Source: Pseudogymnoascus verrucosus (taxonomy: Eukaryota). From it: DNA of 64,000 nt. Within the stretch, counting starts at the first letter, position 1, and the number at the start of each line of letters is the position of its first letter. This document shows, piece by piece, positions 25,669 to 36,862 of this stretch. The notes below the pieces were generated by a model, which ran no database searches, was not told where the DNA came from, and was given only the letters and a program-made list of their open reading frames with translations. The DNA lies in NCBI GenBank assembly GCA_001662655.1, contig KV460208.1; one strand, written 5' to 3'. A program made the position numbers and the translations under genes.

Positions 25669-27261
25669 ATGTCCCTCGGCCGCCTCCACAACTTCCTCTC
25701 CGGCCACCGCGCCGATGCCTCCTCACCCCCTCCCCACTTCCTCGCCTTCCGCTCCTCAAAACTCTTCATCATCCTCACCCTCTGCGCCGCCGTCTTCAGC
25801 GACATGTTCCTCTACGGCGTCATCGTGCCCGTCGTCCCCTTTGCCCTGACCGCGCGCGCTGGAGTCCCGGAGGGTGACGCCCAGCACTGGGTCAGCGTGT
25901 TGCTTGCCGTCTACGGCGCCGCGCTGCTCGTGTCGGCGCCCATTTCGGGGTGGTATGCGGATCGCACGAGTAGTCGGAGACTGCCGCTACTGTTTGGCCT
26001 CGTGGCACTGACAGGGGCGACGGTGATGCTTTGTCTTGCAAGGAGCGTGGCGCTGATGGTTGTTGGGCGGCTGCTGCAGGGGTGTGCGGCGGGTGTGGTC
26101 TGGACGGTCGGCATGGCGTTGATGGTCGATACAGTCGGCCAGAAGGATATTGGGCAGCTTCTGGGGTATGTTGGGATTTCGATGTCGGTGGGGATTATTG
26201 CTGCACCGTTGGTTGGAGGGGTGGTGTACCAGAGGTGTGGTTACTATGAAGTTTACTATGTGTGTTTTGGGCTTTTGGCGCTGGATATTGGAATGAGGTT
26301 GGCGTTGATTGAGAAGAAGATTGCGGCGCAATGGGATGATGTGGTAGGTGTTAAGCCGGCAGTTGATGTGGGCGAAACGACGGCGGAAGAGGCGAGAGAG
26401 ACGGATTCACCTGCCGCGGTGGCGACGGAGAAAACTCTAGACGTCCCTGGTGTAACAAGCAGCACCGACGCCTCCACCACCAACGAAGCACCAACTTCGG
26501 CCCAACCGCCTCCCGCAACCCCTTCGCCCCGGCCCCGTCATCCAATGCTCACCCTCCTCTCCTCGCGCCGCCTCCTCGCCGCCCTCTGGGCCTGCCTAAT
26601 CCAAGCCTCCATCCTGACCGCCTTCGACTCCGTCCTCCCCCTATTCGTCGCCCGCACCTTCTCTTGGTCCCCCACCGGTGCCGGCCTCATCTTCTTGCCC
26701 ATCCTAATCCCTGGCTTCTTCGCGCCCCTCTTCGGCGCCATCGCCGACCGATACGGTCCGCGGTGGCTCGCTGTCTCGGGGTTTTTGGGCGCGATTCCGT
26801 GTTTGGTGTTGTTGAGATTCGTGGATCATAATTCCACGAGGCAGGTCATTCTGCTGTGTGCGTTGTTGGCGCTTTTGGGAACGGCGCTGGCGGCGGTTAT
26901 GCCCCCACTGATGGCGGAGATTACATATATTGTTGAAGCGAAGGAAGTGCGCAGCCCGGGAATCTTTGGGGCGAAGGGAGCATATGCGCAGGCATATGGG
27001 CTGTTCGTTATGGCGTTCGCTGGAGGATGTCTAGTGGGACCGATTTGGGCGGGGTTTGTGGATAATAAGAGTGGATGGGGAACGATGGGGTGGTCGTTAG
27101 CAATATTGAGTTTTGCGGGGGCGGTGCCGGTATTTATTTGGGCGGGGGGGTTGGTTACGAGGAATAATGCGAAGACGGGGGCGGAGAGGGCGGCGGGGAA
27201 GAGGGAGGTTAAGGTGGATGATGGAGGGGAAGAGGGGGTGGTGGGGGAGGAGGCGAGGTGA
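25669..27261 (+). CDS. MFS transporter, 12-TM, vesicular amine transporter/DHA1-like
   Basis: 530-aa intronless ORF, motif A (GWYADRTSSRR; GAIADRYGPR), two 6-helix halves separated by a hydrophilic loop. Confidence 0.9.
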   Translation: MSLGRLHNFLSGHRADASSPPPHFLAFRSSKLFIILTLCAAVFSDMFLYGVIVPVVPFALTARAGVPEGDAQHWVSVLLAVYGAALLVSAPISGWYADRTSSRRLPLLFGLVALTGATVMLCLARSVALMVVGRLLQGCAAGVVWTVGMALMVDTVGQKDIGQLLGYVGISMSVGIIAAPLVGGVVYQRCGYYEVYYVCFGLLALDIGMRLALIEKKIAAQWDDVVGVKPAVDVGETTAEEARETDSPAAVATEKTLDVPGVTSSTDASTTNEAPTSAQPPPATPSPRPRHPMLTLLSSRRLLAALWACLIQASILTAFDSVLPLFVARTFSWSPTGAGLIFLPILIPGFFAPLFGAIADRYGPRWLAVSGFLGAIPCLVLLRFVDHNSTRQVILLCALLALLGTALAAVMPPLMAEITYIVEAKEVRSPGIFGAKGAYAQAYGLFVMAFAGGCLVGPIWAGFVDNKSGWGTMGWSLAILSFAGAVPVFIWAGGLVTRNNAKTGAERAAGKREVKVDDGGEEGVVGEEAR

Positions 27262-27603
27262 TGGAATGGGTTGGATTGTAGATTTTGGATAATGTTTGGA
27301 TATATATATACCATTGCTACTCTGGCGTTGATGGGAGATTTAGATAAAATAGAACCGCTCAATTATTTACAAATATAATTATGATAACTTTATGAAGAAT
27401 TGTAGTGTTGGAGCTGGTGCGAATTTCACATTTGAGACAGCGCGGAAGATTGTTCCCCCGCTCACAATCCCCCCCCATAAGTCATGATGTTGTGGCTAAT
27501 ACAGGTAACATAAACCAAAGTTTCCATTAGACATCATTAAATGGGGCTACAAAGGGACAAAACTGCTACATATCTTGTCTCTGAACGGGGGTTGGTCCTT
27601 TAA

Positions 27604-29812
27604 ATGGAAGAGAGCACCCATACAGACTCTGGTCGAAAATCTCGGCGTGCACTCCGGCCATGCGATTCCTGTCGCAACCGTAAATCACGTTGCATCATCA
27701 ACAGCACAACCACCGGCGTATGTGCCAGTTGTGAGGCCCGGCAAGCCGACTGCACGTTTAGCAAGGGCCCTCCTCGGAGGTCTAAAGTGCGCAATGAGGG
27801 CCAACGAATGCGAGTTGGAACCCCGCCAAGTTCACAGGTCACAGGACTACGGCCTATCGCACCGGGTTATCAATTGGATGCGGGTCAAGCAGTTTGGACT
27901 CCAAGTGGTTTGGCGAATAGTATAGATGTAGCTCCAACAGCATATCTCGATGCGAGGCAATCGAGTCAGCCCAGGGCCTTACCGACGCTTGGGAGCAGGA
28001 TGCCAGATGCAGCCTCTGCCCCACTAGATGTCCAGTTTGATGAGACTGATGCATCCCTTGGACTTGCACCAAGCAATTTTTCTGAGTTGTATGGACTCAC
28101 GAGTGATATGGAGCCGATCTTAATGGTTTGTCTGCACGTTGGTAAGACCTTAGCAGGGAGCAATTGCTGATTATCATTAGCGGCACCGTCCATATGATGC
28201 ACCAAACCAAGAGTTCCGTTTGGAGACTCACTCGATCCGTAAAGTGTTGCAAAGCGACCAGGGAATGGAGTATCCATTGACCTTTCATGTTGTGCACGAC
28301 AGCAAAGCAATCGGTTACCAACTACTCCAGAGCGAGCACGACAACATCGAAGCCTGTGTTGCACCTCACGGACCAAGACTTATGGATTTATTTTGGAGAA
28401 TTATGCATCCGTCTTTCCCTATACTACATAGGCAAGGTTTCGTCCAGAAATATGCTCAGTCATATCAATCGGTTTCCGCCCCATTACTCGGAGCAATGTA
28501 TCTGATTGCTCTCGGATGGTGGGACTATGACCGCGAGCTTTCCAATCGGTCTATGCCAGACGCAACGAGCTTGCGAAAGCTCACCTTGCAGGCTATTCAG
28601 AATTCATATCACCGCCCAAAGCTTGCCAGTATTGAGGCTATGATTTTGCTACTACAATGCAAGCCTGAAGACCCGCTAAACCCGGACCATACTTGGAACT
28701 GGGGTTGTACAGGCCAACTCATATGTATTGGCCAAGCACTTGGTCTGCACCTGGACGCCTCATCATGGTCTATTCCGGACTGGGAGAAACGTTTACGGAA
28801 AAGACTTTCATGGGCCATTTACATGCAAGATAAATGGACAGCCTTGGCGCATGGACGACCGAGCCTTATCACGGACGATGAATGGATGGTAGTTGACCTA
28901 GACATCTCGGATTTTGAATCCTATACCTCTGAAGATGGCGAGGTTCGAGTTGACAGTCTATCAGGTGCAGTTAGAGTCGTTCAAATGGTCCAGCTGACTC
29001 GGATCCTGAGCGATGTGATGCGAACATTTTACACTCTCAGGGCAAGCAAAAACCAGGATACTTCCTACCTATATTCCCAGGCTATGCCACTTCTTGGTTT
29101 GTTAGATGCGTGGCATAAAAATCTTCCTAAATCGCTGCAGATGAACTACGAGGCCATCTCTAGACTCTGTCCGAATGGTGAGATTTCAGATCCGCAATCC
29201 TTGTGGAAAGTGCTAATTTTAGCAGGCTACCTCAGCTTGGCCTTCTACACTGTTAGAACCACAATACTGCGTCGATTAATAAGATCTACAGCACTCGAAC
29301 CACTATGTTTAGACGTCGACATATTAACACACACCCGGACATTAGCTCATGAGACAGCTCAAGAAGCGATAACATTTGTGTCCCGCCTAAGACCAGATCA
29401 TCTAGAGGCATTTTGGTATTTTGGTAAGCTTCCTCAGTCTCTTCATCTACATGGTATCTAATATCCACCAGCATCGCCATTTGGATTTTCTCTCGTCGGA
29501 TCTTTCACCACCTTACTCTTAGTCACCTCGCGGTCTGAGCCCGAGAAGACATTATGGAGAGAGAACCTAAACCGCTACTTATGGACTCTGCGGCTTATGA
29601 GTAAGGCTTGTGGGCCAATGAAGTATGCTGTCAACCGTCTCGAGGGGGCTATACTGAAGGGGATGGAACATGCTCTCTCAATTAACCTCGACGATTTGTT
29701 CATGGTTGCTGCGAGTCCCCTTGACTTAACATTTGCGAATACTTTCGACCCGTTCGAGAATCTAGCCAATCTCGACCTCAGCAACTTTGACTGGCTCAGT
29801 GCGCAGCCCTGA
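27604..29812 (+). CDS. Zn(II)2Cys6 transcription factor with fungal TF middle-homology region; introns 28126-28180, 29178-29225, 29424-29471
   Basis: CDSCRNRKSRC...CASCEARQADC cluster; LGLHLD...RKRLSWAIYMQDKWTALAHGRP; exons join in frame; acidic C-terminal tail. Confidence 0.9.
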
Positions 29813-30297
29813 AGTTGCCCAGGAAGAAGGGCACATCGAAATTATAGTTACCAGGCGGTCGGTGGTCGGCGGTCGTGCTGATCTTCGGGATAGGCGAGGT
29901 ATATGTCGACTTGCCAAACATGTCTCTGAGCGACGTGAACTGTTACGTCTCAGATCTGCTGCCGCCTGAGTGGGAGGAGTCGCCTCATGTGAGGCTGCTG
30001 TGGCTCTCGGACGGGTGAGGCGACGAGGGCGGGGCGGCATTTGACTCCTGGGACACGCCGTGCCATTTGCCGAAGGTCACCGTGGTTGGCGCAGATACAA
30101 TTGACATTTTTTCTCGGCTTGTGAGGGAAACATGAACAGGGAGTCAGAAATCGGATCTTAGATTTATGGGGACGGGTGTTCACACATGGACATAGTGGGA
30201 TAATGTAGCAACAATAATGTAGCAACAGCAAGCAAAGTAGCCTCAACTATTTAAATGATAGTATATTTCGTTTATCTCATACTGTACATCATCTATC

Positions 30298-31812
30298 TTA
30301 ATAGTCTGCCCCCTCAATCACCTTGAAATCCGAATACTCTACCCTTCCATCCTCCACAAATAATCTAGTTTCTCCTCCCTTCGTCGACGATGACTGTTGG
30401 GGCAGTCTGTAGCTGAGGGAGCGACCTCCAACAAATACCTCCAAGACATCTCTAGACCTCAAGATAGTTACAGGTTTATCTATCTTAATATTATCATGCC
30501 TGACAATCGTTGGGCCATCAACCCCCCTTGGAAGGTATATCTTGTATTGGTCTGCCCAGAAATCATCAAACGGAGCTGGCGCCGTAGCAAGCGACACTGT
30601 ATATCTACCATCGAAGGTTGGTTCGAAGCGCAAATAGCACCCGCTAAGATCACTGTCGCTACCAAATATGAGGCCAAATGAAGTTGCCGAGCTCGACACG
30701 ATACCAAATGTTATCATATATGGCCGTTCGCATTTGATCTCGAATGACTTCGTGGCAGTACTACCAACAGCTTCAAACTCGGTGTTTGTGAGGTTTGTCG
30801 ACGGCTGCGCATAGAACACGGTATCGAGAGCTTGACGGATAGGTTCAACGACCAGTGTTCCGTCTTCTTTTGCCATCACCTCCCTCGGCATAGCCATATC
30901 GCCGCCCCACATCCATTTTCCATCAGCGACACACTGATCTGCCACCCAGCCGAAAAACACTCTCTTGGAAGGATCGTTGGCTTTTGGGCAAGACTTTGCA
31001 GCATACCATCGTCTACCATCGAGTCTGCCACCCGAGCCATCTTTGGGGGCATGGAATGGACCGCGTGGGCTGTCGGCGACGCGATATACCACTCCTGCGT
31101 TTGGCGCCGAAAACCTCGAATACACAAGGTACCATTTCTTATTCGGTAGCTGGAATAGCTCAGGGCACTCGGGGCACATCATATCATTTGGCGCATATAG
31201 AGGCTTGGGTTCCAATGACCATGTTTGTAGGTCTTCGGACGTGAGTAACGCCAGGCAGCCGCGAGTCCAGTGTGGCCCCTCAGCCAGCCTTGTTGCCACA
31301 ATCATCCAGTAGCATTTTTCATCCTCGTTGTACAGTACAAACGGGTCCCTAAAATCTATATCTTCGAATGCTGCCCGGGCGCCACCGTCTGACTTGAGAT
31401 GGATGGGTTGTGTTGATTTGGTGAATTGAGAGCCGATACGGTCATTCGAGGTTGCGTGAATGATAACTTGCTTTCCTCCCTGGGCAAGATTATACCCCGT
31501 GTAGAAGATATGCATGTTTCCATCAGGACCAAGTATTGCTGATCCGGTCCATACTCCGTCTGCATCTGGTGACTGTGTGCTCTCTCCGGGAGAGAGGGCT
31601 GGTTGCTCAGCCCGTTCCCATTGAGTGAGGCATTTGGATCGGAGGTGGCTCCATGAGGAGCGTAATCTCTCCGGATGATGGATTGTCGAAGGAGGTGTGC
31701 TCAAGTGAAATAGGTGGTATTCATTGTCGACGAGGATAGGGATGGCATCTGCCGCCGCTGTGTTTTCGGAAGGTCTCCGAATGGAAGTAGTAAGTGATAT
31801 TTTTGAAGGCAT
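30298..31812 (-). CDS. GH32 beta-fructosidase, intronless, no signal peptide, atypical nucleophile motif
   Basis: ADAIP (putative nucleophile), WTGS, FRDPFV, ECPELF, YAAKS, WMWGG motifs; C-terminal beta-sandwich-like region. Confidence 0.88.
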   Translation of the reverse strand: MPSKISLTTSIRRPSENTAAADAIPILVDNEYHLFHLSTPPSTIHHPERLRSSWSHLRSKCLTQWERAEQPALSPGESTQSPDADGVWTGSAILGPDGNMHIFYTGYNLAQGGKQVIIHATSNDRIGSQFTKSTQPIHLKSDGGARAAFEDIDFRDPFVLYNEDEKCYWMIVATRLAEGPHWTRGCLALLTSEDLQTWSLEPKPLYAPNDMMCPECPELFQLPNKKWYLVYSRFSAPNAGVVYRVADSPRGPFHAPKDGSGGRLDGRRWYAAKSCPKANDPSKRVFFGWVADQCVADGKWMWGGDMAMPREVMAKEDGTLVVEPIRQALDTVFYAQPSTNLTNTEFEAVGSTATKSFEIKCERPYMITFGIVSSSATSFGLIFGSDSDLSGCYLRFEPTFDGRYTVSLATAPAPFDDFWADQYKIYLPRGVDGPTIVRHDNIKIDKPVTILRSRDVLEVFVGGRSLSYRLPQQSSSTKGGETRLFVEDGRVEYSDFKVIEGADY

Positions 31813-32021
31813 TGTGGAATGGTAGTGACGGTCGTTCCGTCCGAAAACAATTAACTATTTATGAGGACGTATGAAATAGAGACATTACAGATATAGTACA
31901 TATAGAAAAAGATCCTTGTTAAACTTACTAGAAATATGAAGACTATAAGGTAACATAATTGCAATTGTCGAGCTTTGGATGAAGTGAGGTGCCGGTGATA
32001 CTTGCGGTATCTCAACAGACG

Positions 32022-32148
32022 AATCGGCGTCATTGCAGTTGCCGTGGCCTTTATTTGTAGCCAATCGGCGCGCTTCAAAATGCCGCAGTCAATTCAACAG
32101 CAAATCGGCGCGCATGCAAATGCCGAAGAAAATCCCATGACCAATCGG
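32022..32148. promoter_or_regulatory. Array of CGG-N14-CCG sites (AATCGGCG-N10-TGCCG) in the GH32/transporter divergent promoter
   Basis: Full copies at 32022-32044, 32063-32085, 32103-32125 and a half-site AATCGG at 32143-32148; period 40-41 bp. Confidence 0.7.
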
Positions 32149-32493
32149 TACCGCCCTTCGGCTTGCCACTTTGACGGGAACGATGCCTATTCTAAGCCGA
32201 ACCATAGAAAATCCAGAACTTCCAAGTCAAGGTGCCATAAACATACGCTATCGCTGCTTTTTAGGATGACAATGTCTCCATCTTTTTTATATTTGCTCAA
32301 TTAGACACGGCTTTAGCGGCACCCATGGGGTACCCCAGAATCCGGAGAAGGGGTAGTTGCAAGTTCGTGGGGTTATAAAGCTAGCGGACCTGGCACTTTC
32401 GTTCACTCCACATTGCATACATCCCAAGAGTTGGGATATCACTTCCTAAGAAATCTCTCATACCTATCTTTTATACCATTGTCCTCGAGAATA

Positions 32494-34363
32494 ATGGCTA
32501 AACTTAAGCATCCATATGCATGGCTTTTTTGCTCATTCGCAGCCCTGGGGGCTTGTCTCTATGGTTATGACGGAGTCTATTTCACAGGGGTGTCCGCTAT
32601 GGACATCTTCGTCGAACACTTCGGGACCCAAAAAGCAGATGGTTCATATGAGATTTCATCCTCGCAGCTTTCTCTAATGACATCGGTTATCAACATCGGA
32701 GAACTCCTTGGCTCCTTAACGGCTGCGCCATTGAACGACTATCTTGGCCGCAAAGGCGTTTTCCTAATTGCTTCCATAGCAATCATTATTGGTGTTATAC
32801 TCCAGCTTGTCACCGACCATAATACGTCGTACATCATGGGAGGCCGCATCATTCTTGGCTATGGCGTTGGTAATTTCTCTGCCACTTCACCATTATACAT
32901 AGGAGTAAGTTCCGACTCATGTGGGGAAAATCAATTCTAACCATTATTTAGGAAATTGCACCTGCAGCTATTCGTGGCCAGCTTCTTATGTGCTGGCAGC
33001 TTGTTATTTCCATTTCACAAATTATTGCCGCCGCGATCAATCGTGGTACCGAAGGAATCAACTCGACCGTGGCGTATCGTGTACCAATGGGTGTCCAAGT
33101 CGTTTTCCCTGTCATTGTTCTCGCCGGACTTTGGTGGGTTCCAGAGTCTCCACGCTGGCTACTCCGCAAAGGAAAGAAGGAGTCTGCCAGGAAAGCTCTT
33201 GTACTTGTTCATCGTGGCGAGCAGTATACTCCAGACGAAGACCTCAGTGTCCTGCAACAAGATATTGACGATGAGTCTCTGAAGGCTGCAGAATCATCTT
33301 GGATGGATCTCGTTAGAGATCCAATTGAGAGACGCAAGGTGGTGTACTCTGCTGGTGCGTTGATCGCGCAGCAGATTAATGGCATCCAATGGTTTTATTA
33401 CTTCGGAACTGTGTTCTCAAAAGCAATTGGCCTTCAGGATCCATTTTTAATGACATTGATTGTTTTTGTAAGTCAACACCCTTTCCCAAGATATATGTTG
33501 TCACATTCTGATATTTTGGTAGATCATTCAGGTAGTTGTTGTCTTTGTAGCTGTGCTTTTCGCCAACAGCCTCCCAAGGCGCCCGCTTCTCCTCATTACT
33601 ACAGGTCTTATGACAGTCTCTATCTTTGTTGTCGGTTGCCTCGGAATACCTGGAAATACGCCATCGCCGACGATTGGAAAAGTCATCTTCGCATTCATTA
33701 TTATTGAAATTACAGCTTTCAACTTTGCATGGGGCCCGTAAGTAATCATTCTATATCATATGTTCAATCATACTGACAATATCATAGGCTTGGATGGACG
33801 ATAGTAAGTGAGCAGTGTCTCGAACAAGGACTCTCCATAACATTTTATAGGCTTCTGAGATGGCAGTGGGCCGAAATCGTAATAAGATCTACGCCATTTC
33901 CGTTGGTTGCTTCTGGGTGAGTACTATGCCACTCTTAACCCTTATGGTTATATTAATTTTATACAGATCACCGTATGGGCAACAGTGTTTACTCTCCCTT
34001 ACCTGGTACGTCGAATGTCACATTATGGGAAGATCGTGCTAACCCGCCGCAGTACTACAACGCAAATCTCGGCCCAAAGACGGGGTTTGTCTACACAGGC
34101 CTTTGCTTTGTCTCGCTATCATACGTATATTTCTGCGTCGGTGAAGTCACAGGCAGAACGATGGAAGAGATCAATGGATTCTTTGCTGATGTACGATGCC
34201 AACCACTGTATTCAGAGCGTAATATACTAATTATTTCTAGGGAATCCCAGCAAAGCAGTGGCAACATCAGCCATCGCTTGCAGAGCGTGCAGCTAATACT
34301 CATGTCAAGGGTGATGATGAAGAGAAAAGCGCTGGAAGTATGCAAGTTGAGAAGGGGCTGTAA
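32494..34363 (+). CDS. Sugar porter (MFS), maltose/oligosaccharide-permease-like; 7 introns
   Basis: GACLYGYD, NDYLGRK, EIAPAAIRG, PESPRWL, QQINGIQ, FAWGP-LGW, EVTGRTMEEI motifs; exons join in frame to TAA at 34361-34363. Confidence 0.92.
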
Positions 34364-34589
34364 ATTCGAGGTGTTTGATTATTACGGTGTATATTATAAG
34401 AAACCTAGTAGAGGCGAGGATATATTGCATTTATAGATTCTGGGTTCAACGGATTAACACGCATATAACGTTCTGGTACACTTGATTTCTTAGATCATAC
34501 GATTAAATGAGCCTAGGTAAGGTAGGTTCGATGTTTGATGTTGTAAAATACAGTATATATATTGCATCAAGGTGCGGGCTACCTGCTAC

Positions 34590-36499
34590 CTACACCACGA
34601 ACTGCAGCAGTGTCTTCAGCATATCATTCGTCGTCCTCTGATCATCCGTCTCCAGCTCGCCCATAGTATCCAGTTGTTCTAAACAACGTTAGCCTCGTTC
34701 GCATACCACAGAAACGCAGATTACATACCTTTAATCGTACCCCCCAACACACTCAACCCCTCGTCCCTCTCCGCCAACAACTCTTTGATCTTCCTCTCCG
34801 CCCCCTGATCCTCCGCCACTAACCACGCCAATATGACATCCACAGTCTGCAAGCAAAATAACCCCGCATCCAGCCGCCTCGACAACCACTCCCCCTCCAT
34901 ATCCTCTTTCTCCTCCTCATCCAACCCCCTCGCCTCCTCCTTAATCACCTCATCCACCGCCCCCACGCGTCCCGCAAACTCCCTCCTCATCCCCACCAGC
35001 CGCGCAATCTTCCCATAATCTCCCTCCACAAACTTCGCCAGCGTCCGAATGCGCGGCCCTTCGTCCGCCGGCAACGAACGCAGCATGCTCGCGAAGATAC
35101 CAAGCAGATGCTCCGTCGTCGACCCATCTGCCCGCTTCATGAAGACGCTAAATATGATTTTTAGTCCTCCGCCCTCTACGAGGCGCGCACATGCTTCCGC
35201 GCCTTGGCCTGCAAGGGCGTGGTCTAGCATCCGCAAAGCGCGCGGCCGCGCCATCTTGCCCTCCTTCACCATGATGAGGGCCAGCTCGACGCCCTCGGCT
35301 TCGAGGAACGCGGATTTGCCTGCTATGTCATCAACCGCGCATGTCAGTGCATTGAAGACGTTCTCGACGAACTCCTCCTCCTCCGTGCCATGCGCGGGGT
35401 CGCGCTTACGGTACGGAGCGAGCAGCTGAAGGAGGGTATCGACGCCATTAAGAGTGAGGAGATGCGCACGCGTAGCGGCCGCGGATTGAAGGAGGATAGC
35501 AAGGAGTTCGGCAGAGTACTGTTTGTTCTGCGTTGTTGGGTTCTCCTTGGCCTGGATGCGAGCGAGGAGGTATTTGAGGACAGCGGGGTCTTGGCCTATT
35601 GCTTCCGCGTGGGTAGATTGTGAAGCGAGGTTCTCGAGGACACTAAGGACGTGGTAGACGCCTGCACGGTCGGATTCGTGGGATTCGTCGAAGCGGGAGA
35701 GGTTGGATGTGAGGAGGTCGAGGAGGCCGGATTCGAGCATGGCGTCGACCACGGCGCTCCATTGGGAGGCGTCAGCTTCGACATCTTCGTCAGTGAGCTC
35801 GCTGATGATTTCGATGGCGTCAATGGCGATGTCGGTATTCTCGTGCGCGAGTAGACTGACGAGGGAGCTGACGCAGCCGAGCCTGGCGAACTCAGGGTAT
35901 AGCTCGGGGTGCTCTGCTAATAACGAGAGGGCCTTGACGTCTGCATCCAGGTCCGCCTCAGATCCCATAAACTTCTGTGGGTCGTTCTCAAACTTGGCCC
36001 TCAACTCTGCATTCTTTGATATCCTCTTCTCGAAATTGAGCGCCAGCTTCCTCACCCATGCTATGTCTATCTTCTCGGGTGCAATGGTCGCATCCTCTTG
36101 CCCCTCCATGTAGTCCAATATCTCTGATGTGTCTTTTGTGATTCCGCCACCAAAGAAGCGCCCATCTTCATCATCTGGTATATCTGGACCGTAGTCCTCG
36201 TCGTCATCAGGAGGCCTCGATGGCCCTGCTTCTACATCGTCGTCATTGTCCTCGTCTTGGGGCCTCCCGCTGGCGGTGCCATTGGTCGATAGTTTCGGGG
36301 ACTTGTAGTGGACGTCTGCTATCAGTCAGCATCTAAACGCATTTATTTTCCCGAATAGCACGTACTTGGGTCTTGGATGGTTTCCAACTTCCTCTTATTG
36401 TGGCTTGGGATAGCTGGCTTCTGGGCGTGAAGTTAGCCTCACTACTCCAATAACATTGAACCGAGGACAAACCTTGAAAAGCTCGTCGATGCTTGTCAT
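34590..36499 (-). CDS. CTNNBL1: Beta-catenin-like protein 1 (spliceosomal Prp19-complex ARM protein); 3 introns
   Basis: MTSIDELFK start, DDEDGRFFGGG, NAELRAKFENDPQKFMGSEADLD, HENTDIAI, RLDAGLFCLQ motifs. Confidence 0.9.
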
Positions 36500-36862
36500 A
36501 CTGCAGACAATGGGCCAGAGCCACAAGTAGGTTCAGGTCAATAAGGAAGTTTTTTTAATCCATAAACCTCTTGGGTGGACGTCTTCTCTTTAAGCAAGTG
36601 AACCAATTCAATGAGGCTACGAACATAATAGCCTTGCCTGGGAGGTATATTCGGATAAACGATTTGCCGACAGATCTCGAAGTCTCTCCCCCATCGCGTC
36701 GTCCCTCCCCTAGTCGCTACTCTACGCGGTACGCGGGTTGCACTTCACAAAACCTCACTCGTTCAAAATCACACTCTCAAACTTACCGGTGAATCATGGG
36801 CAGATGACATCAACAGTTGCATCAAAGTGAAGGTTGTATGGTCGACGGCGTTACTTTCAACC

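Noticed and set aside
29813..30090. GC-rich patch with short minus-strand ORFs between the TF and GH32
   Set aside because: No recognisable product or splice pattern; probably overlapping 3' regions
32022..32148. Regularly spaced repeats suggesting a CRISPR-like array
   Set aside because: Eukaryotic context, degenerate bipartite units and no cas genes; better explained as TF sites
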